Below the pieces are notes generated by a model. That model saw only the letters and a list, made by a program, of their open reading frames with translations. It made no database searches and was not told the origin of the DNA. DNA of 59,086 nt, counting the filler, from Sphacelaria rigidula (taxonomy: Eukaryota), in NCBI GenBank assembly GCA_964200075.2. It is 9 parts of 9 records of this genome, joined end to end, with 100 filler letters (N's around TTAATTAATTAA, not from the genome) between each part and the next. Parts side by side here need not be neighbours in the genome. Positions count along the whole stretch, not along the records: positions 46,035 to 52,510 come from CAXNAA020019855.1; positions 52,611 to 59,086 come from CAXNAA020019856.1; 7 more parts are not named here. One strand, 5' to 3'. This document shows positions 49,954 through 59,086 of the stretch, piece after piece. Numbering within the stretch: the first letter of the stretch is position 1; the number at the start of each line of letters is the position of its first letter. The position numbers were made by a program, and so were the translations under genes.

Positions 49954-52154
49954 GTAAGAATACGACAAGGTATTCACGGTTCGGACGAACCATCGCCGGT
50001 TCGAAATTACCTAATCCACGATTTTTCAGGCGGATTGCTCGAAAGAGAAGGAAAAAGGTCAACCGATGGTCAAAAAGGTTCCCACGCAACTTTTGCGCCA
50101 TTCCGTGTGCCTGGGCTTGCGCATACCTGGGTTGCAACGCCGAAAACAAAGCCCAAGGATTGATTCGTACGGTACGAATCAATCACACTAAAACCAAGTG
50201 ATTTACAGACGAACCATTCATTCGTCCGACCTGTGAAATGATTTCTCGAACCATCCCCTGGACCCCCACTCGGCCCCCACTTGTTTTCTCTTGTTTCTTC
50301 TCCTTCCTTTTTCAGTCCCTCTTGACTACGAAGTCGTGTGATATCACTAAACTCGTAGCGGCTGATGAGGCGCATGTATCTCCCATAATGTCGCACATGA
50401 AGTGATGCGCTATCAAAAATACCAGCGCACATACAAGCCATCAATATATATACTGGGGCCGTGTGTGCGACAGATTGCACAACCAACATATTTCCGGGTC
50501 GTGAAGTCAACAACATATTACACGGTCAATATACATGTTGGGGCCGTATGGGTGACAATATGTTGCCAGTTGAGTATATATATAAATATACATATATATG
50601 TATATCAGCGTAGCGTGTGTCACGATACATCATCCACCCAATATTCAGTTGACGGGCGCATCGATGCCGAGTAACCCCAACCCTAACCCCATACATGTAT
50701 ATATATATATATATATACATACGTAGGCCTGTCTCTTGTGCCATCATGCTGCTCGGCCAATATAAACTGGACACGCGGCGCGTCCATATATTCGACGAGC
50801 GACATCATATATTACAAGTTGTATTGCGCAGGGTGTGAAAATTCTCCTGGAATATGATACACGTGCCGACGCTCTTCGCGTGGAAACTTTTGGTGGGTTC
50901 CTACCTCGTCCTTACGAGCTGGGCCGGCCGCAAAATTGAAATTCCTTCCACTGAACACATCTCTAGAACCGCGGCGAGTTATCGCAAAGTAGAAATATCC
51001 CTGTGATGGGGGAATCGCCACGCGTATGCGCCTACAACTCTTATTGTGCTCAAGGGTACATGCCGACCTTGAAATGTAAGAAAGGGTCGTGTGCCGAGAA
51101 CATACTGCGTCAAGTATAGGGCGAGACTAACATGCGGCTAGTTTTTGAAAATGGGGCGGGATTTTTTGTGCTTCGGAGTGGTGTTTGCGTACCACACGCC
51201 TGCATATTGCACATGCTGCCCGTCATGGCGTCAACCTCGCCGGGAACTCAGTGATCGGAAAGGACCTCTGTTCTCACCATATCATATAATACTAAAGCGA
51301 TGTCGTGGATGTTGAGGCTATGGTACACAATATCAAAGAAGCGTCCTGTCAACTGCACCTCGCGACCAATTGCCTCCTGTGCGGGGGCGGAGGAGCTTTT
51401 GCATTAGTGGCGTCTCAGTTGGGAACAAGGGCATTTCGGGAAGCCCATGAAGGCGAGAAGTTCTCAAGCTGCCAAGCAAACAGAAGGGTGTGGGTCAGCG
51501 GCGTCTGCAAGCACATGGGATCCCACACTCCATCCAGGTGCCTGTACTACAGGCAGCACCGCACTGGCTGCCAGGCCTCTTTTCGGAACAGTAATACAGC
51601 GGGAACAGTAGTGTGTTGGACTGGACTGGACTGGACTGTACTGTACTGTACTGTACTGTATTATACCGTTCTGTACTTTACGGTCCTCCTCTCTATCGTA
51701 CTGTTCGAGTGTTGTGTCGTGCTGTATCGGCCCCAGAAAGTATCACAATAACACTGTTCCGAAAAGAGACCTGGAAAGCCAGGAGTTGCAATGTGTGGTT
51801 CACGAAGTACAACATACCTGGTGGTGGTGTGGGACTCGTGCATGTCGATACCGCCGATCGAGCCGGTAACCATATGGTGCGCAAGCATCAAGATTTTTCA
51901 TCGTCCCATCCAAGTTGAATCGCGGGCACTCTTCCCTGCTGAATATTCTGGCACTTACTCTACTCAAATTAGTATATTATCTGCGCACGATTTTTTTTCC
52001 ACACTCTGTCAGCACACGATCTTTAGTTTGTTGTTGTTACACTCAAAACCCCTCCCCTTTCTCGAGATGATTCCGTGGTCTCAATGGATCAACTCATCTC
52101 TCCTGACGTCACCACGCTCTCGACCGTGAAAGTTTTATTTCCGAGAGAAAAAAA

Positions 52155-52228
52155 GTGGATCGGGCGGGAATCGAGCCCACGTCCTCTTCACACCGACGCT
52201 GACAGTCTGACCATTAGACCATCGGGGC
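52155..52228 (-). other. tRNA-like pseudogene or SINE head
   Basis: Minus strand has A-box TGGTCTAATGG, B-box-like GGCTCGATTCC and a T7 run. The acceptor stem does not pair. Confidence 0.6.
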
Positions 52229-52610
52229 ACTTTTTTCACGGGGAAATACTAAAACGATCATGTCCGATTGAATTTTTCGAATTTCGGCGAGAAATTTTGA
52301 CACCATAGGTACTGCACTCAGGCCCATCCTCCACCTAGGATGGTTGATATTCTTGTTGTTTCACGAAAAACGGGGCTCGTAGGTGTGTCAGACGACCCAA
52401 AACACTCGCGGAAGAAATGGCCCAAAGTCTCCCCCCCCCCCTATCGTCTCGAAACGAATGCGTGGTCAATGGTCAAACGGCTGGTGCAAGCGACAAATGA
52501 GTACGCCCCCNNNNNNNNNNNNNNNNNNNNNNNNNNNNNNNNNNNNNNNNNNNNTTAATTAATTAANNNNNNNNNNNNNNNNNNNNNNNNNNNNNNNNNN
52601 NNNNNNNNNN

Positions 52611-53628
52611 TGGAAGTACTGGGGTGGGTGCTTGATACTGAATCCCTGTAAATCTCGTTGTCAGAGGCAAAATCTCAAGATTGCAAAAGCTGATGTTGCA
52701 ATGGCCTCGGGATCGCAAGTGTGCAACAGTGAGAGACATTTCGTCCTTGACCGGTTTCTTGCTACACGTCTCCTACGTTTTGCGTCCAGGGAAGGTTTTT
52801 GTACACGGCATGCTCGCATCGGCGGGGGTGCGCCGCCCCTCCTCGTCCCGTGTTGTGACCGGGGATGATTTCAAAAGGGGGCGGCGACGAAGTCGCGAGT
52901 GGTGGTGTTGAGTCCGGAGTTTCACGATGATTTAGACGTGTGGCGTTGGCTGGTTAGTGACGGTTTGTCGCGGGATGGAGCAGTACTATCGTCCCCGGTG
53001 TACCGATTGGCGTTGCGCCCACCCACGGTGTCCTTGTTTTCGGACTCATCGGGTGCTGCGGTTGGCGGATATTGTCTGCAGTCGGGCTTGTGGTGGCGCT
53101 ATGACTTGTCCGATGAGGAACGTTCTCAGTTTAAAGGTGATACGGTGCACTCGGAAGAGGATATCTCCATCAATGTCCTGGAACTGTTAGGGATGGTCAT
53201 GTCGGCGTGGGTGATATTTGTTCTCGGTGGGAGACGACCACGACATCGCGCTGATTGCGTGCTGTTACGTGGCCGTGACTTGGGTAAATAAGTTCAGAGG
53301 GGGGAAGGAGCCGCGATCGGGAGCTCCGATGCGTATGCTTGGCATGTTGGAAATATCTTCTGGATGGATGTTCGAGGCGAAACACGTGCCGGTGTTTCTG
53401 AATGATGTTGCTGATGGTATTTCGCGATGGCCAATGAATCGTATCTCCGCTAACCTTTCGTTCCACCGTCCCGATGTTCAATGGCATATGCAGGACATCG
53501 GGACAAAGGGGAGGCATCTGTGTTCATGCATTTTGGCCGCGGGCTCGTCCGAGTTGCCATTGCGCCATCGTCTGCGAGAACTTACGAAGGATATTTCGGT
53601 TCCTGGGTTAAGTTCCGGCGGGAGATGA
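52611..53628 (+). pseudogene. Ngaro-like element: RT C-terminus and RNase H (stops/frameshifts)
   Basis: EVLGWVLDT, LFSDSSGAAVGG, SINVLELLGM, AKHVPVFLNDVADGISR are DIRS-class RT/RNase H motifs. Confidence 0.9.
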
Positions 53629-54600
53629 ACCGAGTCCTGCTTTTGAGTGACCGTGATGAGGCACTTGTGGTCATTGAGTGAGTACATTGGTTATGCGTGT
53701 GCAAAGAAAGGGTTGCGGTTGAACACCGTGGCAAGTCATTTAGCTGCAGTGGCATACTTCCATCGTACGGAGAGGGCTGTTGGCTTGGACATTCAGCACT
53801 CGTTAATTTAAAAAGCATTGATGGGATTGAAGCGTAGTCACGCTATGATAGGATCACAGCAGCGACTTCGACGTCCGGTGGCGTTGTCAGTGCTTATGGA
53901 CGGGGAACGTCTGTCGCTTGGATGGGATCCAGATGGTCGCGTGTTGTGACTGGGCTTGTGTGCATCCCTTTTCTTTCTGACGAGGTCTTCCGAGATGTTT
54001 GCGGATTCTGTTCATTCTTATCACCCACTGTACTGTTTGCGTAGAAGAGATGTGAACTTTTTCAAGGTACAGACGCAGTTGCGTCGACCTGAGTGGGGTA
54101 CAGCAGACCGGGTGGAAGTGCGATTCCGAGCTTCCAAAGGGGATCAGTTACGAGTCGGAATGGTAGTAACACGCGTTCCGAAGGCCCTGCCTGGTATTAG
54201 TATGGGGTGGGACAGTCGCGCTAATGACTGAACTAGTGTCTCTTTCGGATTCGTACCCCGCTGAGGCCCCGCTTACGACGTATGATGCGCGGGGCTCCGG
54301 GGAATCACTGGTGTGGAATCGGTATGATGAGGTGGCAGCGCTACGGCAAGTGATGGCGTTGGATGGGCTCTTGCCCGCAGAGTTCGCGTTGCACTCTTTG
54401 CGGATTGGTGGCGCCACCCACTTGTCGGCAGCGGGAGTGTCTCAAGAGGTGTTGCAAAAGGAGGGTAGATGGAAATCGGACGCATACAAGTCGTAAGTCC
54501 GGGCTAACGACGCCAGTTGCGGCCTAGTATCAGAAGCCCTTGCCGACAAGCGTAGAAGCGGGGATCGGCAGCCTGGGCAGGGCACCGAGTGGAGGGGTGA
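53481..54600 (+). pseudogene. Ngaro-like element: tyrosine recombinase overlapping RNase H in another frame (degenerate)
   Basis: APSSARTYEG, FFLTRSSE (catalytic R), SKGDQ, HSLRIGGAT (HxxR), GRWKSDAYKS*VR (stop where the catalytic Y is expected). Confidence 0.93.
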
Positions 54601-55446
54601 GTAGTGACAGTACTCGGGGGAGGGCGACTCAAGTCGCCGACGTATGTGGTGTGTTCGCAAATGGATGAGTCTTTTAGATGGGTTCGTCAGAGGTGGCGAT
54701 GAAAAGTGAAACTAATACATGGTAATAGACATGCTGGATCAAGGAGGAGTGGTGGGATCACGTTAGATGAAAGAGATGAGAACTGAGGTGGAATAGTTGG
54801 TTACATATGCACAGGAATTGCATGACCCTACGGGCGGACTGCATTGCGGGGCTTGAAAAACGTGAGGGTGGAGAGTTATCTGCACGTCGGCTTGGTTCGT
54901 ATGGAGGCTGGTGCGATTGCGCTCAGTGCAATCTCCAGGTAGGAGCCAGCGGTCGGGTGCGTGAGGAGTCACACTATTTTTGAAATGGTGATTCATGAGG
55001 TTTTCCTGAACCCCCCATACCCCCCTCACGCCGGAGGGAGAGGGGCCGGAGTGCATAATGTGACAAAATTCGGAAGCAACTACTGCAAAAAATGTTCGAT
55101 TCTGTGTTTGAAAAGAATCGAGCTTTTGAGCAGAAGTGGATAGGAATTTTCCAGATCTGGATTGCGGTTGAAGTATCTTGAAGCCATTTCGGAACGGATG
55201 TGATGTGATCGAGAGCGTGAGTCACTTCAGAGCCTCAGTGTTTGGGAAGCAGCCGAGATACAAGGGCAAGTGCAAGCACGACTACGCAACAGTGGTGTGG
55301 TGTGGAGTAAGCCCGAGGTGTGTGAGTTACGGGATACAGGCGTCGCGGCTATCAGCGAGTTACAACATCTCGAATCGTTGCCGCAGCTCGTGCGTCCCGA
55401 GTGTTTTCTGAAGTTTTCGTTTGCAATTCTCACGGCTCTGATCCAC

Positions 55447-57646
55447 ATGCCGTCGTCGGGAGGAGCTTCGGCGGGGACGGAGGACAATGGTAAGCAGAAG
55501 ACCGCGGCGCCCGCTTCCGCGCCTGCACTCAAGATGAGGTCGTCTTCCACCAGGTCTGCGGCACACAGCGGGGACAAGCACATTGACGACCCTGCGTCGG
55601 GGTGGCTCGCCCTCGACGATGGGATGGGGGAAAGACTGCCGCGGGCTACGATCCAATAAATCGACACTTTGAACAACCAGGTGGGTGACATCACCGAAAA
55701 TATGAGCCGTATAAGTGACCGCGTGGACACCATCGCCGACAACCTTGACGGCACCAAGACGAGCGTGGAGGGTTTGGGGTCTAAGATAACCTCGGTTACA
55801 GACGAGCTTTGTCAGTTGAGGGAGGTGGTCCAACAGTTAGTTTCATCAGAGGCGAGACCCCTAGCACCCGTCAGCCGCCCCGCCCCGATGATGGTAATGC
55901 TTCTCACACGGCGGTCAGGGGTTCTGGTACAGAGGCGGCTAGGCCACTCATCACTGTCGCTGGCGATGTGTCCCTGTGGTCACCGGCCCGTCCAGCGGTG
56001 GTATGGCCAGGTACGCCAGGGGTACGGGCTGACCCGCGCGGGGAATGTGCAGAGGCTGGCTGGGGATCAAGCACCTTCCACATCGCTTCAACGGCAGCAC
56101 AACCCGCGCCCTCCGCTGCTCGTTGGGACAACACCGATCTGCAGGCTGCGAACAACAGGGGATTCTATAAAATGAGGTTGATCAATGAAATGAGGTTTGA
56201 GGAGGCTAGCCAGTATAGGACAAAAACCCGAGGGAAGTACCGTCCGCAAGTGACTTCGCTCAATACCGGGGAAGGGGGGCGTACTTATTTGTTGCTTGCC
56301 ATAGTCGTTTGACTATTGACCTTTCGAGGCGGGGCGTGGTCAATGGCCAAACGACTATGGCAAGCAACAAATGAGTACGCTCCCCCCCTCGGTATCGATC
56401 GAAGGCACTTGCGGACGGTACTTCCCTCGGGTTTTTGTCGCATCCTGGCTAGCCTCCTCAAACCGTATTTCATTGATCAACCTCATTTTATAGAATCCCC
56501 TCTTAAACCTTGCCGGTTCAGGATCCGTGCGTGGAGGCGGGGCGTGGACCAACGTGCAGCCGTGGGGTGGACAGCAGCCATCGGCAAACCAGGCTGTAGC
56601 TTGGGCTGGGGTGGAGCAGCGACGAAAGTACCAGGTGCGGGGTCGTGTACAGCTTTGGCAGGACGTCGCATCGCGGAAGTAGTGGCTCCTTACCGGCAAA
56701 CTGCCGGCACAGTCATTCAGCCCACCTAATTGCAGGAGGTCCTGGGTGCTATGGTACGTGTCTCTTTGAAGGTGGCGAGCATGTTCCGTATTCTCTCCTT
56801 ACTCGACGTTGCAGCGATCATGCCGCGCGGTGCCGCGGGTTCTAGTTCGAGCGACAAGATATATCTGCCGGACCGTTTGGGTCTGATGGGTGAAACCCTC
56901 GGGCGCTTGCTGGGTGCAGGTCTGGGAGCGCCGTCTGGGGCAGAGGACGCGATGTGTGCCGGCCGGGTGGAGGCGTTTACCGCGGCCTTTGCGAAGATAC
57001 CCTCTGATCTTCGGTCGTACACCAACGCCCACTTGGATATGATGACGCAGCGCGCGGGTACTGATACCACGACCCTCATCATCAACTCTGACCTCGGCAA
57101 GTAGTCTGATGCCTTGGCACACTGGTCGCAGCACTTGTTCGCGAACAATCGTTCTCCGCCACCATCGGCCGGCGTTCCCCCTTCTCCGCATGTTCCCGCC
57201 TCTCCTCAGCTACGCTCGTTTAGAGACCGGAGGCGACGCTGTGCGGATGGTGAGAGCGGGGTACGTTGACGCGTCGGAAGGGAGGAGAACGGGAAGCGCC
57301 ACCGCTAGGGGTGGTGGGGGGAGGTGGATCGTGCTCCGGCAACCGAGGTGCAGAGAATTGGGGCACCGCAGCCGGAAACCGCGGGTACTCGGTGGCCAAG
57401 CGAGTGGGACGGGGCCAGCCGTGCTTCGTTTCTCTAGACCACGGCCACTGTCGGTGGAGAGACAGATGCAGGTTCAGCCACGACGTGCCACAATCGGGAG
57501 GGAAAGGCAACTCCAGCGCTGCCACCGGTAGTGGCGGCAGTGGTGCCGGCCGGTCCAGTGGGACCCGCACCTCCGACCCCGGGGTCCCTGTTTCCGGCAC
57601 CAGCGGCAGCAGTCGATCCCCGATCACGCAGGCATCGGGGTCGTGA
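55447..57646 (+). pseudogene. Ngaro-like element: gag-like ORF1 with coiled coil and CCCH zinc finger, interrupted by a MITE
   Basis: Coiled-coil segment (VGDITENMSRISDRVDTIADNLDGTKTSVEGL) and CFVSLDHGHCRWRDRCRFSH. Multiple stops and frameshifts. Confidence 0.75.
56157..56501. mobile_element. 345-bp foldback MITE inserted in ORF1
   Basis: aggggattctataaaatgaggttgatcaatgaaat / atttcattgatcaacctcattttatagaatcccct, with palindromy continuing to a ~15-nt loop. Confidence 0.92.
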
Positions 57647-57799
57647 GTTCGGATTGCCGAGGGGAGCAATGACGGCGGGGGAGCTTCTAGTGGGGACGGG
57701 GGTTCACGCGGTGGCAATGGTACGGCGGCGCGTGCAAGAAGGTCAGGCTGGGGGGACGGGCTTCGCCTTGAGGCGGGGCCAACCCAGCACGTGCCAAAA

Positions 57800-59086
57800 T
57801 AGAATGGGGTTGCGGGACTTGGCACGCGCCGCTCTGGGACGGCAGCAATGCGGGTGCGAGAATGACATGCTAGTGCCAGCTTCCATGGCGAACTGTCATT
57901 CTGGTATGTTGGATGTGTGTGATGATTCTAATTTTCGATGCTGCAGTAAGAGGGCGAAAGATTCGGTTAAGCAGTTGCATAACCTGACTGGGGTGCAGGC
58001 GGTAGCGCACCTCACCCGTATTACAGATATAGGCGCGGCCATGCTGCACGCGTTAGACGGCAATGTTGAAGTTTTCGTTAACCGGGTAGGGCGAGGATCT
58101 TTCGGATCGCAAGGAGACGTTCAAAGTGTTCTTCGATGGTTTGGTGAACTAAAGGCCTTCCCGGAAATCACTTTGTTGGTAAATGCGCTAGAACTGGGTG
58201 TACCCGTTGATGTCCAACCCGGGGGGGATTTGGTCCATGCGATTAACTATGGGGATCATAGTGGGGTGGATGAGCACCAGGACCGTATGCATGAACAGCT
58301 GCACCTGGATGTCATGAACTGTCGCGCACTGGTATTCGAGGTGAGACGGATTTTTGATATGAAATTATTTCGTGTGTCCCCACTTGAGGTGGTGGTGCAC
58401 CCCAAATTTCGTATTATACATGATCTCACTTTTTCCCCCCGTCGAGCGCCGCACACCAGTGTTAATGCGGACACAGAGGTTTTCCAGGCACCGCCGTGTG
58501 ATATCGGTGGGATGCTGTGTAAGGTTCTGATGCGGATTTTGTTCTTGCAACATAAATTTGGCCCCGCGGCCCGCATTTTGCTGAGTAAAATTGATGTCAA
58601 GGAGGCATTTCGCCAGGTGTTGGTGGACCCAGCACATGCCGCTTATTTCGGGTACGTGTTTGGTGATATGGCGGTCGTTGATCTGTGTCTGGAATTCGGT
58701 TGCCGCAGCAGTCCTGGCTTTTGGTGCTTGCTAGCGGCGGCCTTGGAACACTCGCACAACAGCACATCATTTTTCACACACGCGGTGACTGGTATCGATC
58801 GTCGTGATGCTCAGTCTATCAAGATGGCATCACGCCGACAGGAACGCGTTGAAACTCTGCCCCCGGACTGTAAGACCGTTCCGGGAGTTGGTGACGGAGT
58901 GGGCGACCCTTTTTTCGTGTGCATCTACGTTGACGGCAGTATATTGATGGAAGTTCAGTATTTCCTGACGGCAGGTGATATATGTGTGCGTCGAGGTCCT
59001 TGATATCAGATCATTATCGTTTACTGGGTGAGAGGGGGGCGGATGACCCCCCGTTGTTTGACGCCAACAAAATGTCGGCGTGGGAC
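57800..59086 (+). pseudogene. Ngaro-like element: reverse transcriptase N-terminal/core region
   Basis: SPLEVVVHPKFRIIHDL, LSKIDVKEAFRQV, LEFGCRSSPGFW, IYVDGSIL (YVDD mutated). Frameshift near 58965. Confidence 0.92.

Noticed and set aside
52155..52228. Functional tRNA gene
   Set aside because: A/B boxes are present but the acceptor and anticodon stems do not pair. Kept only as a tRNA-derived relic.
6478..52610. Regularly spaced TTAATTAATTAA palindromes as a biological signal
   Set aside because: Always embedded in N44 runs, so this is an assembly linker.
53481..59086. RT plus integrase as a prokaryotic retron/DGR or phage system
   Set aside because: The overlapping RT/RNase H and YR frames with a CCCH gag are the established DIRS-class (Ngaro) eukaryotic architecture.

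Overview
This is not one locus. It is nine unrelated contigs of 6476-6477 bp joined by an artificial 100-bp linker (N44-TTAATTAATTAA-N44, which has stops in all six frames). The contigs are 1-6477, 6578-13054, 13155-19630, 19731-26206, 26307-32782, 32883-39358, 39459-45934, 46035-52510 and 52611-59086. The DNA is eukaryotic, intron-rich and repeat-rich. Short exons, ~1 kb introns, TTAGGG tracts and the transposon types suggest a stramenopile, probably a brown alga (inference). Spliced gene fragments found: an atypical SDR/NAD(P)-binding protein with a long N-terminal AEPVKA repeat, a glutamate carboxypeptidase II-like M28 peptidase, a NUDT22-like Nudix hydrolase, an ankyrin-repeat terminal exon, and a probably plastid-targeted trigger factor. 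Mobile DNA dominates: a degenerate Ngaro-like tyrosine-recombinase retrotransposon that fills the last contig in circularly permuted order, a Copia fragment bracketed by inverted LTRs, an internally deleted Gypsy element, a composite hAT-like element with a perfect 8-bp TSD, several foldback/MITE families and tRNA-derived SINE-like repeats. I cannot support a wholly new biological system. The most unusual observations are transposon architectures. All family calls come from motif recognition, not database searches.
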